Source: an uncultured Clostridia bacterium (lineage in GTDB: Bacteria; Bacillota; Clostridia; TANB77; CAG-508). Taken from it: 64,000 nucleotides of DNA. The notes below the pieces were generated by a model, which was given only the letters and a program-made list of their open reading frames with translations, did not search any database and was not told the DNA's origin. Position numbers and translations under genes: made by a program. The stretch lies in NCBI GenBank assembly GCA_948857205.1, contig CAQPRV010000041.1, positions 9,313-73,312 of the forward strand, given 5' to 3'. Below are positions 20,416 through 29,976 of this stretch, one piece after another (positions within the stretch are counted from its first letter, which is position 1; each line of letters opens with the position of its first letter).

Positions 20416-21717
20416 ATGGTAAGAAATATAAAAAGGTTTATTTTTATTTTGTTTTTTTTAATACTATTTATATTAATAAATTCTTGTAGTGTAAATGCAG
20501 AAGGATTAGATACAACAAATCCAAGTTCATATCCAAAAGGTACAAAATTTAAATTAAATAAAGATGCATATAATTATACAATTGAGAAAACATTATGGTG
20601 GAAAAAAGCAAAAAAGGATCCAGAGGATAAATTTAGATTTAAGAAGGGTGAAATTGTTGAATATACTGGTGAATATGAAACAGACGTTGAAGTAGCACAT
20701 TTTGGAATGCCAACATACTATTTCGAAGTAAAAAAAGGCATAACAAAAGGACTAATATGCAGTAAAGATTTAGACTTATATGAATCAACAAGACCAGCTA
20801 CAATAACAGAGTTTATTAGTAAATATGGAATAGCTAGCATAAAAGAAGAAAAAGAATTAAATTCAAAAATAAAAGAGTTATCTGAAAAAGCTACATCTGC
20901 TGGATATATTGATATTGATAGTTCACTAGCATATATAGATAATAATATACAGATGGTACAAGGCTATCCATCAAGAGAAGAACAAAAAAAACAAGTAGAA
21001 AAAGATTATAAAAATTTATGTAATGATACATTAGCAGTTGATGGGGATTATGCATTTTTAGCACAAGCATATAAATATGCTGCATATTATCAAGAACTTT
21101 TAACAATGGATGAAGAATATGGAAAAGATGACGGAAAAGATAAAGACTGGGGAGCTGAATTTGATAAAGCATATAAAAAATACAAAAGTGCTGGTAAAGA
21201 TGATACAAAGAAAAATGCAGCATTTAAAATGATGGCAGAAGCTATGGAAAACATGTCACTAGAAGAAAGAAAAGAAAAGGTTGATGGAAAGAAAAGAAGT
21301 GATAAGTGGGGAGAAATTGTTGATGAAGAAAATGACAGAAAAGAAGTAATTGAAGCAACAGAAAGTGAAATATATAAACAACCTAAAAGAGTATCATCAG
21401 CGAGCACTTCAGAACAAAGTATAGATGATATGGTATCAGATGCAGATAGTTTTTTAAAAAAAGGTAGCCTAAAATATGATGAAAGTGCCCTACAGGGATT
21501 TTCACAAACAACATATAATATATTACTAACGGTGGGAGTATTTGTAGCAGTTATTGTAGGAGGAGTAATAGGAATAAAACTAATGACATCAGGAGTAGAA
21601 GAAAAAGCAGAATATAAAAAAATGTTATTAATTTATTTAATAGGATGTCTAGTAATGTTTGGTGGATTTGTAGCATGGAAATTTATTGTAAATATGATGC
21701 AAAATATATGGGGGTGA
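20416..21717 (+). CDS. secreted protein (signal peptide + ~350-aa soluble domain) with C-terminal two-helix pilin-like module
   Basis: N-term MVRNIKRFIFILFFLILFILINSCSVNA. C-terminal …VGVFVAVIVGGVIGIKLMTSGVEEKAEYKKMLLIYLIGCLVMFGGF… shares the loop GxEEKAEYKK with the three downstream small genes. Confidence 0.55.
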   Translation: MVRNIKRFIFILFFLILFILINSCSVNAEGLDTTNPSSYPKGTKFKLNKDAYNYTIEKTLWWKKAKKDPEDKFRFKKGEIVEYTGEYETDVEVAHFGMPTYYFEVKKGITKGLICSKDLDLYESTRPATITEFISKYGIASIKEEKELNSKIKELSEKATSAGYIDIDSSLAYIDNNIQMVQGYPSREEQKKQVEKDYKNLCNDTLAVDGDYAFLAQAYKYAAYYQELLTMDEEYGKDDGKDKDWGAEFDKAYKKYKSAGKDDTKKNAAFKMMAEAMENMSLEERKEKVDGKKRSDKWGEIVDEENDRKEVIEATESEIYKQPKRVSSASTSEQSIDDMVSDADSFLKKGSLKYDESALQGFSQTTYNILLTVGVFVAVIVGGVIGIKLMTSGVEEKAEYKKMLLIYLIGCLVMFGGFVAWKFIVNMMQNIWG

Positions 21718-21721
21718 TTAA

Positions 21722-22271
21722 ATGAGAAGAAAAATAATTACAGTTATAACAATTATAACCATTTTATTTTTAGTAATTTCTTTAATACCAATATATTCAG
21801 AAGCTGCAAAAGCTGGAAGTGCTTCAAGTGGAAAAGGAAGTTCTAGTAGTAGTTCCACAACAGGAAAGAAAGGCTCAGGAGGAGCAACAGTAGGAAGTTC
21901 ATCAAGTATAGAAGGAGGAAGTACTACAACAGAAGAAGGTATATATACTGGTCGGAAGTAAAGAAGATGATTCATTTGAAGAAGGAGGAGAAGAATTAGG
22001 ATTAGGAGATCTTGACAATTATAAAGGAAAAGCAAAAACTCCGAAAAAAGCACAAGAAAAAGTTGAAAAAATGTTAGGATATGTACAAATAGTAGGTACA
22101 GTATTATCAGTTATAATATTAATGATAATCGGATTCAAATATATGTTAGGAAGTATAGAAGAAAAGGCTGAATATAAAAAGACATTAATTCCATATATTA
22201 TAGGAGCATTTATGTTATTTTCTGGTAGTTTAGTGCCACAGATAATTTATCAAATTGCACAAAATATATAA
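21722..22271 (+). pseudogene. pilin-like paralog split by +1 frameshift (signal peptide/Ser-Gly linker in one frame, two-helix core in the next)
   Basis: ORF 21722-21961 (signal peptide + SSGKGSSSSSSTTG…) stops at 21959-21961. The +1 frame is open from 21912 and runs into ORF 22071-22271 (…MLGYVQIVGTVLSVIILMIIGFKYMLGSIEEKAEYKKTLIPYIIGAFMLFSG…). That downstream ORF lacks its own signal peptide and RBS-proximal start. Confidence 0.5.
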
Positions 22272-22387
22272 AATTATGTAAAAAAGGTAATAAAATTGTT
22301 GCAAAAAGTAAAATTTAATGTTATCCTATTAATAGAAGAATATATATTAATGCGAGAAAATAGTATTAAATAAGGAGGAAATAAAAC

Positions 22388-22756
22388 ATGAATAAAAAAA
22401 TGATAAAAATAATAAAAATAATTGGTATAATTTTAATAACCTTTGCATTAGTTACTATATCAGTAGATTCATTTGCTCTAAAACCACCAAATCAAATAGA
22501 ACCAAATACATCAACAGAAGGAGGTAAAGCAGTATCAAATATTGGTAGCAGTATTATGGGAATATTGCAAACTACTGGTATAATTGTATCAGTGCTTATA
22601 TTAATAATTATAGGTATAAAATACATGATGGGAAGTGCAGAAGAAAAAGCAGAATATAAGAAGGTAATGATACCATATTTAGTAGGAGCAGCTTTAATAT
22701 TTGGAGCATCTGTAATTGCAAATGTTGTATATCAATTCTTTTCTAATTTGAAATAA
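22388..22756 (+). CDS. pilin-like small membrane protein (signal peptide + two hydrophobic helices; VirB2/TrbC-like architecture)
   Basis: 122 aa; SP …SVDSFA; GILQTTGIIVSVLILIIIGIKYMMGSAEEKAEYKKVMIPYLVGAALIFGASVIANVVYQFF; RBS AAGGAGG. Confidence 0.55.
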   Translation: MNKKMIKIIKIIGIILITFALVTISVDSFALKPPNQIEPNTSTEGGKAVSNIGSSIMGILQTTGIIVSVLILIIIGIKYMMGSAEEKAEYKKVMIPYLVGAALIFGASVIANVVYQFFSNLK

Positions 22757-22790
22757 TAAAACAAAATAGTCTAATAAGGAGGAAAAAAAT

Positions 22791-23189
22791 ATGAATAAAA
22801 ATGTAGTAAAAATATTTAGTATTATTTTAATGTTAATAACATTAATTTCCATATCGGTAAATTCATTTGCGGCAGGAGTTGGTAGTGCTAGTGGTTCTGG
22901 TGGTGAAACAGTTACCAGTCCTGGGGAATTAAAACCTAAAGCAGAAGTAAAAGGTGAAGATGAATTAATGCAACTTGGAGGAAATGTAATGGGAATATTA
23001 CGAACCACAGGTATAGTAATTTCAGTACTTATATTGATAGTAATAGGTATAAAGTACATGATGGGAAGTGCGGAAGAAAAGGCAGAATACAAGAAAGTAA
23101 TGATACCATATTTAGTAGGTGCAGCATTAATATTTGGAGCATCAGTAATATCAACTGTTGTATTTGAATTCTTTACACATTTAGAATAA
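22791..23189 (+). CDS. pilin-like small membrane protein, paralog
   Basis: 132 aa; SP …SVNSFA; identical core GIKYMMGSAEEKAEYKKVMIPYLVGAALIFGASVI; RBS AAGGAGG. Confidence 0.55.
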   Translation: MNKNVVKIFSIILMLITLISISVNSFAAGVGSASGSGGETVTSPGELKPKAEVKGEDELMQLGGNVMGILRTTGIVISVLILIVIGIKYMMGSAEEKAEYKKVMIPYLVGAALIFGASVISTVVFEFFTHLE

Positions 23190-23196
23190 TAAAAAT

Positions 23197-23232
23197 AAAG
23201 AGGACAAAAATAAGTTTTGTTCTCTTTATTAC
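23197..23232 (+). terminator. rho-independent terminator after pilin-like genes (AAAGAGGACAAAA…TTTTGTTCTCTTTATT)
   Basis: 12-bp stem with one mismatch, followed by T-rich run. Confidence 0.55.
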
Positions 23233-23377
23233 ATTTATATTACATTACAGTTGTATTACAGGCATATTAAAAATATATTATTTTGTCTTTTTTTGCTCAA
23301 AAATGTTACAATTATTGAGCTTTTTTGTTATAATTAAATATAAGAAGAGTTATACAAAAAAATAAGGAGGAATAAAA

Positions 23378-23743
23378 TTGGGAACATATAATTTACCAAG
23401 AAATGTAAAAGGAGAAGGAAGAATATTATTTATATTCTCAACAAAAGCATTAATATATAGCCTAATAGGTGTGGCTATTGGACTAATATTTTATTTTATA
23501 TTTAAAACAATTGGAACTAGTTTTATAGGAGTCATTTGTGTATGTGTATGTGGACTAATTGGATTTATTATTGGTACATTCAAAGTTCCTGATTCAACTG
23601 CATTTGAAATTACTAAAAAGACAGGAGGAGAAAACATAGATGAAGTAATAAAAAGAGCAATTAGATTTAAAATGAAAAAAAATAGAATATATGTGTATAA
23701 ACAAGAAGAAGTAGAGAAAAAGGAGGTAACAAAAGATGACTAA
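23378..23743 (+). CDS. small two-TM protein, VirB3/ConD/PrgI-like candidate
   Basis: 121 aa, two adjacent TM helices (…LIYSLIGVAIGLIFYFIF…FIGVICVCVCGLIGFIIGTF…), immediately precedes VirB4-like gene region; RBS AAGGAGG. Confidence 0.45.
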   Translation: MGTYNLPRNVKGEGRILFIFSTKALIYSLIGVAIGLIFYFIFKTIGTSFIGVICVCVCGLIGFIIGTFKVPDSTAFEITKKTGGENIDEVIKRAIRFKMKKNRIYVYKQEEVEKKEVTKDD

Positions 23744-24974
23744 TGAGGAAATCTCTCAAATACTAGTAATGATATTAAGTATAATGTTTGTTATTTTGAT
23801 TACGTTATGTGTAATATTTTTAATGTTAAAGATAAAAGAGAAAAAACAAAAAGAGGAAATTGAAAATGCCTTTAATGATAAAACAGGAAACGAGCTAAAA
23901 AAGAAAGAACTAAATAAAATAGATAGCACTTATAGTAAACAATCAATTATAGATTTTATGGAATTTGATAAAATTGAAGACAACATGATTATACAAAAAA
24001 AAGGAAAGAGATTTTTAATGGTTGTAGAATGTCAAGGTGTTAACTATGACTTAATGTCAAACACAGAAAAAGTAGGTGTTGAAGAAGGATTTCAACAGTT
24101 TTTAAATACATTAAGACACCCAGTCCAAATATATATACAAACTAGAACAATAAACTTAGAAAATAGTATAGAAACATATAAAAAGAAAATAAAGGATATT
24201 GAAGATGCATATACACAAAAATTATTTGAATATAGAACAATGCAATCATCTGGAATATATTCTAAAAAAGACTTAGATAAAGTATATTTTGAAATAACAA
24301 AACAAAAAAACTTATTAGAATATGGAAAAGATTTAGTAGCTAATACAGAAAAAATGAGCTTAAACAAAAATGTATTAAATAAAAAATACTATATTATAAT
24401 TCCATATTTTCCAGAAGAAGCAGTAGATGGAAAATACATATATGAAGAAGTAAAAAATATGGCATTTTCTGAATTATATACTAAATCACAATCAATTATT
24501 AGAACATTATCATCATGTTCTATAAACGGAAAAATATTATCTTCAAATGAGTTAGTAGAATTACTATATGTAGCATATAACAGGGACGAATCAGAAGTAT
24601 TTGGAATAGATAAGATATTAAAATCAGGATATGAAGAATTATATTCAACAGCTCCAGATGTATTTGAAAAGAAAATAAAAGCATTAGATAAAGAAATAGA
24701 AGAAAGAGCAATAGACTTAGCAAACGAGACTATAGAAAAAGTAAAATCAAAACCACAACAAATAGCAGAAACAAAACAAGAAGATTTAGAAGAACTTGTT
24801 AGGAGAATGGCAGAAATTATATTAAGTGAAAACAAAGAATATGTTGGTCAAGAAATTGCAGACCAAGCTATAGAAGAAATAAGAAAAACAGAAGAAGAAG
24901 GAGGAGAAGAACAGAATGAAGAAGTCAAAGAAACAACTAAAACAACAAGAAGAAAGAGAGCAACAACAAAATAA
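23736..24974 (+). CDS. membrane-anchored T4SS accessory protein (single N-terminal TM, Lys/Glu-rich)
   Basis: 412 aa; 8-nt overlap with upstream gene (translational coupling); no enzymatic motif seen. Confidence 0.4.
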   Translation: MTNEEISQILVMILSIMFVILITLCVIFLMLKIKEKKQKEEIENAFNDKTGNELKKKELNKIDSTYSKQSIIDFMEFDKIEDNMIIQKKGKRFLMVVECQGVNYDLMSNTEKVGVEEGFQQFLNTLRHPVQIYIQTRTINLENSIETYKKKIKDIEDAYTQKLFEYRTMQSSGIYSKKDLDKVYFEITKQKNLLEYGKDLVANTEKMSLNKNVLNKKYYIIIPYFPEEAVDGKYIYEEVKNMAFSELYTKSQSIIRTLSSCSINGKILSSNELVELLYVAYNRDESEVFGIDKILKSGYEELYSTAPDVFEKKIKALDKEIEERAIDLANETIEKVKSKPQQIAETKQEDLEELVRRMAEIILSENKEYVGQEIADQAIEEIRKTEEEGGEEQNEEVKETTKTTRRKRATTK

Positions 24975-26886
24975 ACAAGAGCCAGGTTTTTTAAGAACAA
25001 AAACTATTAAAGAATTAATAGCACCATCTGGGATAGATGTATCTAAAATAGATCATTTAGAAATAATCTCTAATGTTAAAAGATATGCACGTAGTTTCTT
25101 TATTTCAAATTTACCACGTATGTGTACTTTTCCAGATTTATTTAGAGATTTATATATGTTTGATGATATTAATACATCAATATATATAACACCAGTTGCA
25201 GAATCAAGATCACAAAATGAATTAAACAAAGTAATAAATGAATTAGAGACAGAAAGAATTGTTGCAGCAGATAGAGGAAATATAAACAGAGAAAGTACAT
25301 TAGGTCAAAAGAGATATGAAGCAGAACAACTAAGAGATCAAATAGCAGCAGGATTTAATAAAATGTATGAAGCATCAATTATATCTACTTTATTTGCATA
25401 TAGTTTAGAAGATTTAGAAAGATTAACAAAATTACTTTCAGCAGAAATGTCAAAATCACTAGTTGGAATAAAAAGTGCATGGGCAATACAAGAAGAAGCT
25501 TTTAAATCAAATTTACCACTAATGAATGATGACATAAAAAAGATACACTCTTTTGATAGTAGATCAATGGGGACAGTATTTCCATTTACTACTTCGGAAG
25601 TAGGACATCCAACAGGAATACCATTAGGATTTAATAAACAAACAGGAACACCAATATTGTTTGACAATTTCCATCCATCTTTAAGCAATTATAATATGGT
25701 TATATTTGCTAAATCTGGTGCAGGTAAATCTGTTACAATGAAAACTTTAATATCAAGATCATCTGTATTAATGGGAATAGAAAGTTTAGCATTAGATGCA
25801 GAAGGTGAATACACAATAGTTGCAGAAAGCTTAGGAGGAATTAATGTTGTATTAAGTCCAAATTCAAGTACAGTTATTAATCTGTTTGATATAGAGCCAG
25901 AATCCGTAAAGGATGCAATTACAGGTAGAGAAAGAACAGCTTTAAATGTAGAGAATAAAGTTGAAGACGTTACGCAAGCACTACTTACAATGGCAAGAGG
26001 TAGTACAAGAAGTACAGAAGTAAACGAGTTAACAAAACAAGTTATAGCAGAAACAGTAGCAGAAGAATATGCTAGCTTAGGAATAACAAACAATCCAAAT
26101 AGTTTATATCAATCAGGTGATGAATTACAAAAGGGAGACTTATTATATAAAAGAAAAAAAGAAATGCCAACAATAGGTAGCTGGTATAAAAGATTGCAAA
26201 ATAAGGCTAGAGAAAATAAAAATCCAGATTACCAATTCCATTTTAGTTATTTATTAAAAGTTATGAAACAATATATTAGAGAATTTAATGGGCAAATGGC
26301 ATATTTTGATGGACAATCTACATTTGAATTATTAGATGGAGCACCGTTTATTAATTTAGATATTTCTCAATTGGAAGAAAGATTTGCAAGACCACTTGCT
26401 CAACAAATACTTCTTTCTTGGATTTGGGAGAAATATGTAAAGAAAAATAGTGAAGATAAAACAAAAGCTAGAAAGAAAAGGGTATTAGTTGATGAGGCTT
26501 GGATGTTATTACCATATCCAGAAGCAGTAGACTTTTTAAATACTATGGCAAGACGTGCAAGAAAGAGAAATGTATCATTAGCTATTGTTTCACAAAGATT
26601 TCAGGACTTTTATGAGAAACCAGAAGCACAAGCAGTTTTAACATCATCAGATACAAAACTATTTTTAGCACAAGATAAGTCTGAAATAGAATATTTAAAG
26701 TCAGTATTTAAGTTAAGTAATGGTGAAGCAGGATTTTTAATAACTTGTTTAAAAGGTGAAGGATTGTTAAAAGTAGGTGCAGATACTGCTATTATACAAA
26801 TAACACCTACTGCAAAAGAGTTTGAATTTGTTGAAACAAATTTAAATAACTTGGTAAAGATGAGAAAGAGAGCAAACAATATTTAA
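24916..26886 (+). CDS. VirB4/ConE/TcpF-family type IV secretion ATPase
   Basis: 656 aa; Walker A …MVIFAKSGAGKSVTMKTL…; Walker B …KRVLVDEAWMLL… (DEAW typical of VirB4); RBS GGAGGAG. Confidence 0.85.
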   Translation: MKKSKKQLKQQEEREQQQNKQEPGFLRTKTIKELIAPSGIDVSKIDHLEIISNVKRYARSFFISNLPRMCTFPDLFRDLYMFDDINTSIYITPVAESRSQNELNKVINELETERIVAADRGNINRESTLGQKRYEAEQLRDQIAAGFNKMYEASIISTLFAYSLEDLERLTKLLSAEMSKSLVGIKSAWAIQEEAFKSNLPLMNDDIKKIHSFDSRSMGTVFPFTTSEVGHPTGIPLGFNKQTGTPILFDNFHPSLSNYNMVIFAKSGAGKSVTMKTLISRSSVLMGIESLALDAEGEYTIVAESLGGINVVLSPNSSTVINLFDIEPESVKDAITGRERTALNVENKVEDVTQALLTMARGSTRSTEVNELTKQVIAETVAEEYASLGITNNPNSLYQSGDELQKGDLLYKRKKEMPTIGSWYKRLQNKARENKNPDYQFHFSYLLKVMKQYIREFNGQMAYFDGQSTFELLDGAPFINLDISQLEERFARPLAQQILLSWIWEKYVKKNSEDKTKARKKRVLVDEAWMLLPYPEAVDFLNTMARRARKRNVSLAIVSQRFQDFYEKPEAQAVLTSSDTKLFLAQDKSEIEYLKSVFKLSNGEAGFLITCLKGEGLLKVGADTAIIQITPTAKEFEFVETNLNNLVKMRKRANNI

Positions 26887-26896
26887 GGAGGAAAAA

Positions 26897-29800
26897 ATGA
26901 AGTTTTTTACTAGAAATGGTATTATACATAAGATAATAATTTCAGTTTCAATTGTATTAGTAACAATTTTTTCAGTTCCACAACGTTCTTATGGTGGTTT
27001 TGCAGAAGCTCTTGGAAGTACGTTATTAAAAGAATTACTTCAATTAGTTTCTGTTGCAGGAGATATTGCTATGGGATTACTAAATAGTGTTATGCTTGGA
27101 ACAGATGGTGTAGGATCAGCAATGTTACCAAAAGATGATGTTAACTTAAAAAGTGGTAGCGGTTCTTGGTTATATTTAAGTAATAAATTGGCAAATAGTG
27201 ATTATGATTATGTATTTGAACCAGGAAGAATTAATACAAAAGCATTTAAAGGAACAGAATATGAAATTCCAAATATGTTATATTCACCAGAAAACATTTT
27301 TGCTAATAAGATAGCTGCATTAGATGTTAATTTTTTGAGAAGGAATGAGTATCAAGAAGTAACAGGTTCTAAATCAGCTATAGAAAAATCAAGATCAGCT
27401 GCTGGAAAGTTAAGTAATATTATTTCTTCATGGTATAAATCCTTTAGAAATATAGCAATTGTTGGATTATTGTCAGTATTAATTTATCTGGGTATTAGAA
27501 TTACAATTAGTTCTACAGCTGTTGATAAAGCAAAATATAAAGAAAATATGAATAATTGGTTTGTTGCATTATGTCTTGTATTTGTAATTCACTTTATTAT
27601 GTCAGGTATTTTAATGTTAACAGATAAGGTTACAGAAATATTTGATACAGAGATTAATAATGGAATAAAAATAAAGGAAAGTGGAGAAAACATTGCATTT
27701 AAAACAAATTTAACAGGTTTAGTAAGATTTAGAGCTCAATCTTCTGATGTACAAGAGGTAGCAGCATATACTGTAGTGTATGTAGCATTAGTATTTTATA
27801 CATATAGATTTACATTTCTTTATTTTAAGAGATTCTTATATATGGCCTTTTTTACAATGATAGCACCATTAGTTGCATTAACATATCCAATTGATAAAAT
27901 GGGAGATGGACAAGCACAAGCATTTAATTTGTGGTTTAAGGAATACACAATGAATGCGATAATTCAACCAGTACATCTGATTTTATATACTGTATTTGTA
28001 ACATCTTCTGCTGAATTAGCACAGGAAAATGTTATATATGCATTAGTTGCAATAGGATTTTTAATTCCAGCAGAGAAGTTTATTAAGAGCATGTTTAAAC
28101 TTGATAAAGCTTCAACACCAAGCGGATTGGGATCATTTGCTGGAGGTGCTTTAGCAATGCAAGGATTGAATAAATTAGGTTCACTAATGGGTGGAGGACA
28201 TAAGAAAGGAGGATCTTCTAATGGTGATGATTCAGGTTCATCAGATTCATCTGATAGAAGAATAAGAATGCAAGAAAGACCTACTTTAGGAAGCTTTGGT
28301 GGTGATTCAGATGACGAAGATAATAATAATGATGGTAATGATAACGATGATTATGGAATGGATTATTATCAACATGATGGACAGGATGATGGTGAAGGAG
28401 ACGATTATGATGATTCAGATATTGATATGATAGATCCACCAATTGAAGAACCAGAGCCTTATTTTGAAGGTCAAGACGAAATGGATAGATTAGGAGAGGA
28501 ATTAGATCAATATGATAATAATGATATATATATGAATCCTGAACTAGGTGCTAAACAGATGAGATATCAAGAGTTAGATGCACAAAAAAGGCAATGGCAA
28601 GAAGATCAAGAACGACAAAATGAAGAGCAAATGGAAGATCAAGAGGAAGAACAAGGACAAGCACAATTAAATGTACCACCACGTGGTTATGACCCAGCGA
28701 TAGGAGAAGAACAAAATCCTGAACCTGAAGAAGATTCTGATATTAATGCAGATCAAGGACCTCAAGAGCTTCCAGGATGGAAGAAGAAATTGGCAATAAA
28801 AGGTGCTAAATCATTAGCAAAGGGTACTTGGAAAGCTACTAAAGGTATTACTAAATTTGGTTTATCTACAGCAGGAACAGTAGCAGGAGCAACGATAGGA
28901 TTTGGAGCAGGAATTGCAACAGGAGAAGGTGTATTTAAAGCTGCTCAATATGCTGCAACAGGAGGAGCATTTGGTAGAAGCTTAGGTAAAAATGTAGGAG
29001 GATTAGTTGATAAATTACCAAATAATCCATATAGATCTGCTAAAAATGCTAAAAATAAAATAATTGATAAAAAGAACGATATTAGAGAAATGATAAATGA
29101 GCAAAAATATGGCACAGGATATGCTAGACAACAAAGAGCGATAGAAAATAATGAATTAGCAAAAAAAGACTTTATGAATAATAAAAAAGAAAAAAGTAAA
29201 TATCAAGATATGGCAGCAAGAATTTATAATAATACAGGAAAGAGTTACAGTGCAAAAGATTTAATGAATGCAAGTTATGATTATCAACAAGCAGGAATTA
29301 CAGATGAAGATGATATTGAAAGAGGATTAACATTAGAAGCAAACCATGGTGGTATAAACGGAGATTATCATCAAAAGACGGTAGATGTTATGGACTTTGC
29401 AAGATCACAATCAGTTAAAAAAGATTCAATTACAGATGAAAAGAAACGTACAGCACTTGAAGGTGTAGTACAAAGTAAGGTAAGAGGAACTTCAAATCAA
29501 TTAGAAGTTATGAATTCATTAGCAGAAGCATACGGATTAGGAGATTACTACAAAAAAGTTGGAAAAATAGGAAAACCTGCTACCCCACCACAACAAACAT
29601 CTCAAACAGGAGCACAAGGGCAAGCTGGATCAAATGAAAATGGAGGAACATCAAGATCAGGAACACAGAGACCAACAGGAACAAGGGGAAGATCAAGAGG
29701 TTCAGGAACACAAAGACCAACTGGATCAAATGAAAATGGAGGAACATCAGGATCAGGAACACAGAGACCAACAGGAACAAGAGGAAGACCAAGAGGTTCA

Positions 29801-29956
29801 GGAGCACAAAGACCAGCTGGAACAGGTGGAAATACACAACCAACAGGATCACAAAATCCAACAGGAGCAAATAGAAATGGAAATCCAGCAGGGACATCAA
29901 CATCTCAACCAAATGGAGGAGCACCAACTGGCTCTAATGGAACGTCAGCAGAATAA
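26897..29956 (+). CDS. VirB6/ConG/TcpH-like polytopic membrane protein with long acidic + Gly/Thr/Gln/Arg-rich disordered C-terminal tail
   Basis: 1019 aa; multiple TM segments in residues ~170-390; acidic block DSDDEDNNNDGNDNDDYGMDYY…; C-terminal tandem peptide repeats NENGGTSxSGTQRPTGTRGRxRGSG encoded by an 89-90-bp direct repeat (29631 / 29720). Confidence 0.6.
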   Translation: MKFFTRNGIIHKIIISVSIVLVTIFSVPQRSYGGFAEALGSTLLKELLQLVSVAGDIAMGLLNSVMLGTDGVGSAMLPKDDVNLKSGSGSWLYLSNKLANSDYDYVFEPGRINTKAFKGTEYEIPNMLYSPENIFANKIAALDVNFLRRNEYQEVTGSKSAIEKSRSAAGKLSNIISSWYKSFRNIAIVGLLSVLIYLGIRITISSTAVDKAKYKENMNNWFVALCLVFVIHFIMSGILMLTDKVTEIFDTEINNGIKIKESGENIAFKTNLTGLVRFRAQSSDVQEVAAYTVVYVALVFYTYRFTFLYFKRFLYMAFFTMIAPLVALTYPIDKMGDGQAQAFNLWFKEYTMNAIIQPVHLILYTVFVTSSAELAQENVIYALVAIGFLIPAEKFIKSMFKLDKASTPSGLGSFAGGALAMQGLNKLGSLMGGGHKKGGSSNGDDSGSSDSSDRRIRMQERPTLGSFGGDSDDEDNNNDGNDNDDYGMDYYQHDGQDDGEGDDYDDSDIDMIDPPIEEPEPYFEGQDEMDRLGEELDQYDNNDIYMNPELGAKQMRYQELDAQKRQWQEDQERQNEEQMEDQEEEQGQAQLNVPPRGYDPAIGEEQNPEPEEDSDINADQGPQELPGWKKKLAIKGAKSLAKGTWKATKGITKFGLSTAGTVAGATIGFGAGIATGEGVFKAAQYAATGGAFGRSLGKNVGGLVDKLPNNPYRSAKNAKNKIIDKKNDIREMINEQKYGTGYARQQRAIENNELAKKDFMNNKKEKSKYQDMAARIYNNTGKSYSAKDLMNASYDYQQAGITDEDDIERGLTLEANHGGINGDYHQKTVDVMDFARSQSVKKDSITDEKKRTALEGVVQSKVRGTSNQLEVMNSLAEAYGLGDYYKKVGKIGKPATPPQQTSQTGAQGQAGSNENGGTSRSGTQRPTGTRGRSRGSGTQRPTGSNENGGTSGSGTQRPTGTRGRPRGSGAQRPAGTGGNTQPTGSQNPTGANRNGNPAGTSTSQPNGGAPTGSNGTSAE

Positions 29957-29976
29957 TAAGAAAGAGGGCAGAAACC

